From positions 1 to 48,919 of IMG/VR virus record IMGVR_UViG_3300026187_000025: DNA of 48,919 nt. One strand, 5' to 3'. Below the pieces are notes generated by a model. The model was not told the origin of the DNA. It saw nothing but the letters and a program-made list of their open reading frames with translations, and made no database searches. The number at the start of each line of letters is the position of its first letter. Position 1 is the first letter of the stretch. Position numbers and translations under genes: made by a program. Below are positions 11,701 to 19,294 of this stretch, in pieces. This DNA comes from a virus. Taxonomy: Duplodnaviria > Caudoviricetes.

Positions 11701-14700
11701 AACAAGTGGCGAAAGTGCTACATCTGGTACAACAGGTTCAAATGGTTCTTCAGGAGAAGATGGAATTGCTGGTTCATCAGGAGTATCTAGTACTTCTGGT
11801 ACAACTGGTAGCAATGGTTCATCAGGTGAAGATGGTATAGCCGGTTCAAGTGGTGAAAGTGCTACTTCAGGTACAAGTGGATCAACAGGTACTGTGGGTT
11901 CAAGCGGTGACGCGGGAACAAGTGGAGCTTCAGCTACAAGCGGTAGTTCAGGTTCAACAGGTTCAACAGGTACCTCAGGAAATGCAGGTCAAAGTGCATT
12001 AAGCGCAACAAGCGGTTCAAGTGGTAGCTCAGGTACAATTGGTACTTCAGGGGTTGCAGGAACTTCAGGCGATAGCGAAACAAGTGGTTCCTCAGGTTCA
12101 ACAGGTACTTCAGGTTCATCAGGAGATGCTGGTACTTCAGGTGATTCTGCAACAAGCGGTTCATCAGGTTCAACAGGTACAGTAGGTTCTTCAGGTGAAG
12201 CAGGTACTAGTGGTAATTCTGCTACTAGTGGAACTTCAGGTTCAACAGGTTCAACAGGTACATCAGGTAATGATGGAGAATCAGGTGCTTCTGCAACCAG
12301 TGGTTCAGCAGGTTCATCAGGTACTATAGGTACAAGCGGTGTAGCCGGTACTTCAGGTGATTCAGCTACAAGTGGTAGCTCAGGTAGCACAGGTACTGTA
12401 GGTTCATCAGGTGAAGCAGGAACTTCAGGAGATAGCGAAACAAGTGGTACATCAGGTTCATCTGGTTCAACAGGTACAACAGGTAGTTCAGGTGAAGATG
12501 GAACATCAGGTGCTAGTGCAACTAGTGGTTCAAGTGGTTCAACAGGTTCAACAGGTACTAGTGGAAATGCAGGACAAAGTGGCGAAAGTGCAACAAGTGG
12601 TTCAGCAGGTTCAAGTGGTACAATTGGTACTAGTGGTGTAGCTGGAACTAGTGGTGATAGCGAAACAAGTGGTTCATCAGGTTCATCAGGTACAGTAGGT
12701 TCAAGCGGAATCGCTGGTACCTCAGGAGACAGCGAAACAAGTGGTACATCTGGTTCATCAGGTTCAGTAGGTTCTTCAGGTGTAGCCGGAACTAGTGGCG
12801 ATAGTGAAACAAGTGGTTCATCTGGTTCAACAGGTACTTCAGGTTCATCAGGAAATGCAGGTCAATCAGGTTTAAGCGCAACAAGCGGTTCATCTGGTTC
12901 AACAGGTACTATAGGTACTTCAGGGGTTGCAGGAACTAGCGGTGATAGTGAAACAAGTGGTACTTCTGGAACAAGCGGTAGCTCAGGTAGTACAGGTACT
13001 GTAGGTTCTTCGGGTGAAGATGGTACTAGTGGTGAAAGTGCAACAAGCGGTTCATCAGGTTCAACAGGTACAGTAGGTTCTTCAGGTGAAGCAGGAACTT
13101 CAGGAAATAGTGAAACATCCGGTACAAGTGGATCAACAGGTTCAACAGGTACCTCAGGAAATGCAGGTCAAAGTGCATTAAGTAATACAAGTGGTTCAAG
13201 TGGTAGCTCAGGTACAATTGGTACTTCAGGGGTTGCAGGAACTTCAGGCGACTCAGCTACAAGTGGTAGCTCAGGTAGCACAGGTACTGTAGGTTCAAGT
13301 GGTAACGCAGGAACTTCAGGAAATAGCGAAACAAGTGGTACAAGCGGTTCAACGGGTACAGTAGGTTCATCAGGAGATGCTGGAACCAGCGGAGCTTCTG
13401 CAACTAGTGGTTCAAGTGGTTCAAGTGGTTCAACAGGTACTTCAGGTAACGATGGTGAAAGTGGATTATCTAGAACTAGTGGTTCAAGCGGTTCATCCGG
13501 TACAATTGGTACAAGCGGTGTTGCTGGTACTTCAGGTGATAGTGAAACAAGTGGTACGAGTGGTTCTACCGGTACTGTAGGTTCAAGCGGTGATGCTGGA
13601 ACTAGTGGTGCAAGTGAAACCTCAGGAACAAGTGGTTCAACGGGTACTGTAGGTAGTTCGGGAGATGCTGGAACAAGTGGCGCTTCTGCAACTAGTGGTT
13701 CAAGCGGTTCAACAGGTTCAACAGGTACCTCAGGTAATGATGGTGAATCAGGTTTATCAAGAACTTCAGGTTCAAGTGGTAGCTCAGGTACACTTGGTAC
13801 AAGCGGTGTTGCTGGTACTTCAGGAGATAGTGTAACTTCAGGAACTAGTGGTTCATCCGGTTCAACAGGTACTTCAGGTACATCTGGAGAAGACGGAACA
13901 TCAGGTAATAGTGCTACAAGTGGTTCATCAGGTTCAACAGGTACAGTAGGTTCAACAGGTAATGCTGGAACTTCAGGTGCTAGTGCAACTTCTGGATCAT
14001 CGGGCTCAACAGGTTCAACCGGTACTTCAGGAAACGCAGGTCAAAGTGCATTAAGTGCAACAAGTGGTTCAAGCGGTTCTGCTGGTACAATAGGTACAAG
14101 CGGTGTAGCAGGAACAAGTGGAGCTTCAGCTACAAGCGGTAGCTCAGGTAGCACAGGTACTGTAGGTTCAAGCGGTGATGCTGGAACTAGTGGCGCTAGT
14201 GAAACAAGTGGTACTTCCGGATCAACAGGTACAGTAGGTTCATCAGGAGATGCTGGAACATCAGGTGCTTCTGCTACAAGTGGTAGCTCAGGTAGCACGG
14301 GTTCAAATGGTACTTCAGGAAATGCAGGCCAAAGTGCATTAAGTAGAACAAGTGGTAGTTCAGGTTCATCAGGTACTGTAGGTACTTCAGGTGTAGCAGG
14401 AACATCAGGAGATAGTGAAACATCAGGTACTAGTGGTACTTCAGGTTCATCAGGTTCAACAGGTACTGTAGGTTCATCAGGTGAAGCTGGCACCTCAGGA
14501 AATAGCGAAACAAGTGGTACTAGCGGTTCAACAGGTACTGTAGGTTCATCAGGAGATGCTGGAACTAGCGGTGCAAGTGAAACTTCAGGAACAAGTGGTT
14601 CAACGGGTTCAAATGGTACTTCAGGAAATGCAGGTCAATCAGGACTAAGTAGAACAAGTGGTTCAAGTGGTTCTGCTGGTACAATTGGTACAAGCGGTGT

Positions 14701-17700
14701 AGCTGGAACATCAGGAGATAGTGAAACAAGTGGCACAAGCGGTTCAACAGGTACTTCAGGTACAAGTGGAGATGCAGGTACAGCAGGTGCTTCGGCATTA
14801 AGTAATACAAGTGGTACAAGTGGTTCATCTGGTACATCAGGTAGCACAGGTGAAGCTGGAACTTCAGGAAATAGTGAAACAAGTGGTACAAGTGGTAGCA
14901 CTGGTTCAAATGGTACCTCAGGAAATGCAGGTCAAAGTGCATTAAGTAGAACATCAGGATCTTCAGGTTCATCGGGTACAATTGGTACAAGCGGTGTAGC
15001 TGGAACATCAGGAGATAGCGAAACTTCAGGTACAAGTGGTAGCACAGGTACTGTAGGTTCAAGTGGTAACGCAGGAACATCAGGTGCTAGTGAAACTTCA
15101 GGAACAAGTGGTTCAACAGGTACTGTAGGTTCATCAGGAGATGCTGGAACCAGTGGAGCTTCGGCTACAAGTGGTAGTTCAGGTTCAACCGGTTCAACCG
15201 GTACTTCAGGAAATAACGGTCAATCAGGATTATCTAGAACTTCAGGTTCAGCAGGTAGTTCAGGTACTGTAGGTACAAGCGGTGTAGCCGGTACCTCAGG
15301 AGATAGCGAAACAAGTGGTACTTCAGGAACTAGTGGTTCATCTGGTTCAACAGGTACTGTAGGTTCAAGTGGTAACGCAGGAACATCAGGTGCTAGTGAA
15401 ACTAGTGGCACATCAGGTAGTACAGGTACCGTAGGTTCATCAGGAGATGCTGGAACATCAGGTGCTAGTAAAACAAGTGGTACAAGCGGATCAACAGGTT
15501 CGAATGGTACTTCAGGAAATAATGGCCAATCAGGTTTATCAAGAACAAGTGGTAGCTCAGGTTCCGCTGGTACAATTGGTACAAGTGGTGTAGACGGTAC
15601 CTCAGGTGCTAGTTCAACATCTGGAACTTCAGGTTCAACTGGTACAGAAGGTACAAGTGGAGTTGATGGAACTTCAGGAGCAAGTACAACTTCAGGAACA
15701 AGTGGTTCTACGGGTACTGTAGGTTCAACAGGTAATGCTGGAACAAGTGGTGCTTCTAAAACAAGTGGTTCAAGTGGTAGCACCGGTTCATCAGGTACAA
15801 GCGGTAATAATGGCCAATCAGGATTATCTAGAACTTCAGGTTCAAGTGGTTCTGCGGGTACAATAGGTACTAGTGGAGTTGATGGTACCTCAGGTGCGTC
15901 AAAATCTAGTGGATCATCAGGTTCATCAGGTACAAATGGCTCATCAGGTGTAAATGGTACATCAGGTGCTAGTAGATTATCAGGAACAAGTGGTTCAAGC
16001 GGTTCAAATGGTACTTCAGGTAACAATGGCGCTTCAGGTGCTTCAAGAACAAGTGGTACTAGTGGTAGCACAGGTTCAACAGGTACTTCAGGAAATAATG
16101 GACAAAGTGGATTATCAAGAACTTCAGGTTCAAGTGGTTCTGCTGGTACAATTGGTACAAGCGGTGTAGACGGTACATCAGGTGCTTCACGTACAAGTGG
16201 TAGTAGCGGTTCTACAGGTACTTCAGGTACAAGCGGGGTGAATGGTACAACAGGTGCTTCAGCATTAAGTAGAACATCAGGTTCAAGCGGCTCATCAGGT
16301 ACAACTGGTTCGAATGGTAATAATGGTGCTTCAGGTATCAGCAGAACTTCAGGTACAAGCGGTAGCTCAGGTTCAAATGGTACAAGTGGTGTTCACGGAA
16401 CATCAGGTGCTTCAAGAACAAGCGGAACAAGTGGTTCAACCGGTACAGTAGGTTCAACAGGTAATGCTGGAACTAGTGGATTGAGTAAAACTTCAGGAAC
16501 TAGTGGATCAACAGGTTCAAATGGTACTTCAGGTAACCACGGTCAATCAGGATTATCTAGAACAAGTGGTTCAAGTGGTTCTGCAGGTACAATTGGTACA
16601 AGCGGAGTTGATGGTACTTCAGGTGCTAGTAAAACAAGTGGTACATCAGGAACTTCAGGTTCTACAGGTACTTCGGGTACAACAGGTGCTAGTACAACAT
16701 CAGGTGCTTCAACAATTAGTAGAACATCAGGTTCAAGTGGTACAAGCGGTAACAACGGTGCTTCAGGTGCTTCAAGAACAAGTGGATCTTCAGGTTCAAC
16801 AGGTTCAAATGGTACTTCAGGTAACCACGGTCAATCAGGATTATCTAGAACAAGTGGTTCAAGTGGTTCTGCAGGTACAATTGGTACCTCAGGTGTAGCC
16901 GGAACTTCAGGTTCAGGTAGAACAAGTGGTACATCAGGAACTTCAGGTTCTACAGGTACTTCGGGTACAACAGGTGCTAGTACAACATCAGGTGCTTCAA
17001 CAATTAGTAGAACATCAGGTTCAAGTGGTACAAGCGGTACAAGTGGTGCTAACCAAACAAATGGTGCTTCAAGTTTAAGTAGAACTTCAGGTACAAGCGG
17101 TTCATCAGGTACTTCAGGTACATCAGGTAACACTGGTACTTCTGGATTAAGTCGCTTATCAGGAACAAGTGGTACAAGCGGTTCAAACGGTACTTCAGGT
17201 AATAATGGTGCTTCAGGTGCTTCAAGAACAAGTGGAACAAGTGGTTCAACCGGTTCTAACGGTACTAGTGGTAATAATGGACAAAGTGCTTTATCTAGAA
17301 CTAGTGGTTCAAGTGGTTCAAGCGGTACAATTGGTACAAGTGGTGTAAATGGTACATCAGGGGCTTCAAGAACAAGTGGTTCATCAGGTTCACGTGGTAC
17401 TAGTGGTACAAGTGGTGTAAATGGTACATCAGGTGCTTCAGCATTAAGTAGAACATCAGGTTCAAGTGGTAGTTCAGGTACAACTGGTTCAAATGGTAAC
17501 CACGGAGGATCAGGTATTAGTAGAACCTCAGGAACAAGCGGTAGCTCAGGTTCAAACGGTACAAGCGGTAACAATGGTACTAGTGGAGCTAGTAGATTAT
17601 CAGGTACTTCAGGTTCATCAGGTACAAATGGTACTTCAGGTAATAATGGAGGATCAGGACTAAGTAGAACAAGTGGAACAAGTGGTTCATCTGGTTCTAA

Positions 17701-19285
17701 TGGTACTACGGGTAATAACGGCCAATCAGGATTATCTAGAACATCAGGTTCAGCAGGTAGTTCAGGTACTGTAGGTACAAGCGGTGTAGCTGGTACTTCA
17801 GGACAAAGTAAATTATCAGGAACTAGTGGTTCTACAGGTACAAATGGTACTTCAGGTAATACTGGAACTAATGGATTAAGTAGAGCTTCAGGTACTAGTG
17901 GTACAAGCGGTTCAAACGGTACTTCAGGTGTTAATGGTGGAAACGGTGCTAGTAGAGTATCAGGTACCAGCGGTAGTTCAGGTTCAAACGGTACAAGTGG
18001 TAATAACGGAGGATCAGGATTAAGCAGAACTTCAGGTACAAGTGGTAGTTCAGGTACATCAGGTAATAATGGTACCAACGGTGCTAGTAGATTATCCGGT
18101 ACAAGTGGTAGTTCAGGTTCAAATGGTACTTCAGGTAACAATGGTGGAAACGGTGTTAGTAGAGTATCAGGTACATCAGGTAGCTCAGGTTCAAATGGTA
18201 CAAGTGGTAACAATGGCCAATCAGGATTAAGTAGAACTAGTGGTTCTTCAGGTTCAGCAGGTACAATTGGTACAAGTGGTGTAAATGGTACATCAGGTGC
18301 TTCAAGAACAAGTGGTACTTCCGGTTCTAGAGGTACAAATGGTACAAGCGGTGTTCACGGAACTTCGGGTTTAAGTAGAACTTCAGGAACAAGTGGTTCA
18401 AGAGGTTCTGGTGGTACAAGTGGTGTTGCCGGTACTTCAGGTAACAGTGCTGCTAGTGGTACTTCAGGTACAACAGGTTCATCAGGTACATCAGGTGTAG
18501 GTGGTGCTAGTGGAGTATCAGGAGGTTCAGGTTCATCAGGTACTTCAGGTACAGATGGTACTTCAGGAACAAGTGGTATTTCAGGTAATGTTGGTACAGC
18601 AGGTACTTATGTAAGTATTACTGCAGGAAATGGTTTAACAGGTGGTGGTACATTAAGTACCTCAAGAACTATTAATGTAGGTGCGGGTACAGGTATTACA
18701 GTTAACGCAAATGATGTTGCTATTAACTGGTCAGCTACAGGAAATAACGGTGAAATCGTTACTTACGACTCCGGTAGACCTAATAGATCAACAGTAGCTA
18801 ACTACACAAACCCAGACTTTATTTGGAATGGTAACTTAATGCCAGCTCAAGATATGGTTTGGGATATGGGTCGTCCAGGATCATGTTGGAGAGAAGTTTG
18901 GGCTCAAGCGTTCTTCACGTGTGGTATTCACGAACAAAACTTAGCAGGATCTAATGCAAATGATAATTTTGATCATGTAACAGGTACTGTAATGGTTTGG
19001 AAAGATGGAGAATTAAACCCATGTTCAAGTGAAAAAGACCATATGAGAATGGGTGTAATGAAAGAAGGTACTAACATTCCAATCGTACAAGGTGCTGAAC
19101 CAGTACTAGTGGTTGGCCCAGTAAAAGAAGGTGATTACCTTGTAACATCTGATAAACTAGGACACGCTAAAGCAATTTCTAGAGAAGAAATGGTTAGCGA
19201 AAATCTACAAGATGTAGTATTCGCAACTGCTTTAGAAAGTGGAGATGGTGAATCATTTGTAATAAATGCTTACATAAACATTTAA
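5786..19285 (+). CDS. Giant (4,499 aa) Ser/Thr/Gly tripeptide-repeat fibre/appendage protein
   Basis: ~345-aa unique N-terminus, ~3,900-aa G-[ST]-S tract, then a C-terminus with fibre motifs (AGNGLTGGG.L...RT; GNLMP.QD..WDMG....W.EVW) and a chaperone-like end (VVGPVKEGDYLVTS..LGHA...VFATALE). Confidence 0.85.
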   Translation: MANQLFYGKLSSVSPIGNGSNSYVRVRFDATTSSKILTNITDVSGYLNIDYIRTGQTLVESSAFPSGTIVTAIDTVNNTITVEDFPSTNESQGLARVSPAAGDYYIPSASFFNANTTNGINANSITGSADSDYDGSTPIYALLGAASDNSQNIIPGRFHKYRITETFYKNPSGTEISVYVSWDEGGTESGSGDELYTFSGQKLGIVSLTPNESLAPIFSTRLNGMTDLPAGTDLSAYQIEVQNFFDDLSITDIYYTGSLVSKNNGDINFTGSGVNVTTSGSNGVTVEITGGGGGSGDGFPYTGSAQITGSLHITGSDFSISDLPEQDIITVVTYDTTTGEFGYVNASSGTSGVAGSSGTTGQSGTSGADGSSGISGADGSSGSSGVPGSSGVDGSSGESGQSGTSGSSGSSGESGIDGSSGISGANGSSGSSGANGSSGVDGSSGISGVDGSSGSSGASGSSGVDGSSGSSGNDGQSGASGTSGSSGSSGELGTSGVSAESGTSGSSGSAGESGVAGSSGVSAESGTSGSSGSNGVNGSNGIDGQSGNSGTSGTAGSSGILGTSGVSAESGTSGSSGSAGESGVDGSSGESGQSGTTGSNGSSGSNGNDGQSGNSGTSGSAGSSGILGTSGVSAESGTSGSSGSAGESGIDGSSGESGQSGTTGSNGSSGSNGVDGQSGNSGTSGTAGSSGILGTSGVSAESGTSGSSGSAGESGVDGSSGVSAESGTSGSSGSNGVDGSNGISGQSGNSGTSGSAGSSGELGTSGVSAESGTSGSSGSNGEDGVAGSSGVSAESGTTGSNGSSGSNGVDGQSGNSGTSGSAGSSGIIGTSGVSAESGTSGSSGSAGESGVAGSSGESAESGTSGSSGSNGESGVAGSNGESAESGSSGSSGSNGSSGELGSSGESAASGTSGSSGSTGTTGSAGNDGQSGNSGTSGTSGSSGILGTSGVSAESGTSGSSGSNGESGITGSSGESAESGTSGSSGSAGESGVAGSSGESAESGSSGSSGSNGSSGVLGSSGESALSGTSGSSGSTGTTGSAGNDGQSGNSGTSGTAGSSGILGTSGVSAESGTSGSSGSNGESGIAGSNGESAESGTSGSSGSSGESGVAGSSGESAESGSSGSSGSNGSSGDLGSSGESAASGTSGSSGSTGTTGSAGNNGQSGNSGTSGTAGSSGIIGTSGVSAESGTSGSSGSNGESGVAGSNGESAESGTSGSSGSNGESGVAGSSGESAESGTSGSSGSNGSSGILGSSGESAGSGTSGSSGSTGTTGSAGNNGQSGNSGTSGTAGSSGILGTSGVSAESGTSGSSGSNGESGVAGSNGESAESGTSGSSGSVGSSGELGTSGESAISGTSGSSGSVGSSGVLGSSGESALSGTSGSSGSTGTTGSSGNDGQSGNSGTSGTAGSSGIIGTSGVSAESGTSGSSGSNGESGVAGSNGVSAESGTSGSSGSVGSSGNLGSSGESAASGTSGSSGSNGSSGVLGSSGESAGSGTSGSSGSTGTTGSAGNDGQSGNSGTSGTSGSSGIIGTSGVSAESGTSGSSGSNGESGVAGSNGVSAESGTSGSSGSVGSSGDLGTSGVSAESGTSGSSGSVGSSGNLGSSGASAESGTSGSSGSTGTTGSNGNDGQSGASATSGSAGSSGTIGTSGVAGTSGESADSGSSGSSGTSGSSGDIGTNGESAASGSSGSSGSVGSSGEAGTSGQSALSATSGSSGSSGTTGSSGNAGESGASSTSGSAGSSGTIGTSGVAGTSGESNTSGTSGSTGSSGEDGIAGSSGNSATSGTTGSSGSNGEDGIAGSSGISSTSGTTGSSGSNGEDGIAGSSGNSETSGTSGSTGSTGTSGNAGQSGESTTSGSAGSSGTIGTSGVAGTSGNSETSGSSGSSGTVGSSGEAGTSGESADSGTSGSSGSSGTTGSAGEDGESGASATSGSAGSSGTTGSNGNAGQSGLSTTSGSAGSSGTIGTSGIAGTSGESATSGTTGSNGSSGEDGIAGSSGVSSTSGTTGSNGSSGEDGIAGSSGESATSGTSGSTGTVGSSGDAGTSGASATSGSSGSTGSTGTSGNAGQSALSATSGSSGSSGTIGTSGVAGTSGDSETSGSSGSTGTSGSSGDAGTSGDSATSGSSGSTGTVGSSGEAGTSGNSATSGTSGSTGSTGTSGNDGESGASATSGSAGSSGTIGTSGVAGTSGDSATSGSSGSTGTVGSSGEAGTSGDSETSGTSGSSGSTGTTGSSGEDGTSGASATSGSSGSTGSTGTSGNAGQSGESATSGSAGSSGTIGTSGVAGTSGDSETSGSSGSSGTVGSSGIAGTSGDSETSGTSGSSGSVGSSGVAGTSGDSETSGSSGSTGTSGSSGNAGQSGLSATSGSSGSTGTIGTSGVAGTSGDSETSGTSGTSGSSGSTGTVGSSGEDGTSGESATSGSSGSTGTVGSSGEAGTSGNSETSGTSGSTGSTGTSGNAGQSALSNTSGSSGSSGTIGTSGVAGTSGDSATSGSSGSTGTVGSSGNAGTSGNSETSGTSGSTGTVGSSGDAGTSGASATSGSSGSSGSTGTSGNDGESGLSRTSGSSGSSGTIGTSGVAGTSGDSETSGTSGSTGTVGSSGDAGTSGASETSGTSGSTGTVGSSGDAGTSGASATSGSSGSTGSTGTSGNDGESGLSRTSGSSGSSGTLGTSGVAGTSGDSVTSGTSGSSGSTGTSGTSGEDGTSGNSATSGSSGSTGTVGSTGNAGTSGASATSGSSGSTGSTGTSGNAGQSALSATSGSSGSAGTIGTSGVAGTSGASATSGSSGSTGTVGSSGDAGTSGASETSGTSGSTGTVGSSGDAGTSGASATSGSSGSTGSNGTSGNAGQSALSRTSGSSGSSGTVGTSGVAGTSGDSETSGTSGTSGSSGSTGTVGSSGEAGTSGNSETSGTSGSTGTVGSSGDAGTSGASETSGTSGSTGSNGTSGNAGQSGLSRTSGSSGSAGTIGTSGVAGTSGDSETSGTSGSTGTSGTSGDAGTAGASALSNTSGTSGSSGTSGSTGEAGTSGNSETSGTSGSTGSNGTSGNAGQSALSRTSGSSGSSGTIGTSGVAGTSGDSETSGTSGSTGTVGSSGNAGTSGASETSGTSGSTGTVGSSGDAGTSGASATSGSSGSTGSTGTSGNNGQSGLSRTSGSAGSSGTVGTSGVAGTSGDSETSGTSGTSGSSGSTGTVGSSGNAGTSGASETSGTSGSTGTVGSSGDAGTSGASKTSGTSGSTGSNGTSGNNGQSGLSRTSGSSGSAGTIGTSGVDGTSGASSTSGTSGSTGTEGTSGVDGTSGASTTSGTSGSTGTVGSTGNAGTSGASKTSGSSGSTGSSGTSGNNGQSGLSRTSGSSGSAGTIGTSGVDGTSGASKSSGSSGSSGTNGSSGVNGTSGASRLSGTSGSSGSNGTSGNNGASGASRTSGTSGSTGSTGTSGNNGQSGLSRTSGSSGSAGTIGTSGVDGTSGASRTSGSSGSTGTSGTSGVNGTTGASALSRTSGSSGSSGTTGSNGNNGASGISRTSGTSGSSGSNGTSGVHGTSGASRTSGTSGSTGTVGSTGNAGTSGLSKTSGTSGSTGSNGTSGNHGQSGLSRTSGSSGSAGTIGTSGVDGTSGASKTSGTSGTSGSTGTSGTTGASTTSGASTISRTSGSSGTSGNNGASGASRTSGSSGSTGSNGTSGNHGQSGLSRTSGSSGSAGTIGTSGVAGTSGSGRTSGTSGTSGSTGTSGTTGASTTSGASTISRTSGSSGTSGTSGANQTNGASSLSRTSGTSGSSGTSGTSGNTGTSGLSRLSGTSGTSGSNGTSGNNGASGASRTSGTSGSTGSNGTSGNNGQSALSRTSGSSGSSGTIGTSGVNGTSGASRTSGSSGSRGTSGTSGVNGTSGASALSRTSGSSGSSGTTGSNGNHGGSGISRTSGTSGSSGSNGTSGNNGTSGASRLSGTSGSSGTNGTSGNNGGSGLSRTSGTSGSSGSNGTTGNNGQSGLSRTSGSAGSSGTVGTSGVAGTSGQSKLSGTSGSTGTNGTSGNTGTNGLSRASGTSGTSGSNGTSGVNGGNGASRVSGTSGSSGSNGTSGNNGGSGLSRTSGTSGSSGTSGNNGTNGASRLSGTSGSSGSNGTSGNNGGNGVSRVSGTSGSSGSNGTSGNNGQSGLSRTSGSSGSAGTIGTSGVNGTSGASRTSGTSGSRGTNGTSGVHGTSGLSRTSGTSGSRGSGGTSGVAGTSGNSAASGTSGTTGSSGTSGVGGASGVSGGSGSSGTSGTDGTSGTSGISGNVGTAGTYVSITAGNGLTGGGTLSTSRTINVGAGTGITVNANDVAINWSATGNNGEIVTYDSGRPNRSTVANYTNPDFIWNGNLMPAQDMVWDMGRPGSCWREVWAQAFFTCGIHEQNLAGSNANDNFDHVTGTVMVWKDGELNPCSSEKDHMRMGVMKEGTNIPIVQGAEPVLVVGPVKEGDYLVTSDKLGHAKAISREEMVSENLQDVVFATALESGDGESFVINAYINI
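6823..18600 (+). repeat. Coding 9-nt-period tandem repeat (e.g. GGT TCA TCA) with higher-order units
   Basis: G-[IT/E]-[ILV]-G-T-S-G-[VI] anchors are spaced at multiples of 9 nt: 198/207, 351 (x7), then mostly 288-306. Confidence 0.95.
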
Positions 19286-19294
19286 TAAGCAAAT

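Noticed and set aside
4210-18230. Many alternative-frame and antisense ORFs (PEEP/PLVP, VLQV, NLMN-rich) over the GS repeats
   Set aside because: Shadows of the 9-nt codon periodicity, with no start context or unique domains.
6823-18600. Possible CRISPR array or non-coding satellite
   Set aside because: No constant repeat with unique spacers; the tract is in-frame coding with synonymous variation.
5786-19285. Bacterial ice-nucleation protein or serine-rich repeat adhesin
   Set aside because: Period is 3, not the 8/16-aa AGYGST or SX dipeptide pattern; no signal peptide or anchor; phage fibre context.
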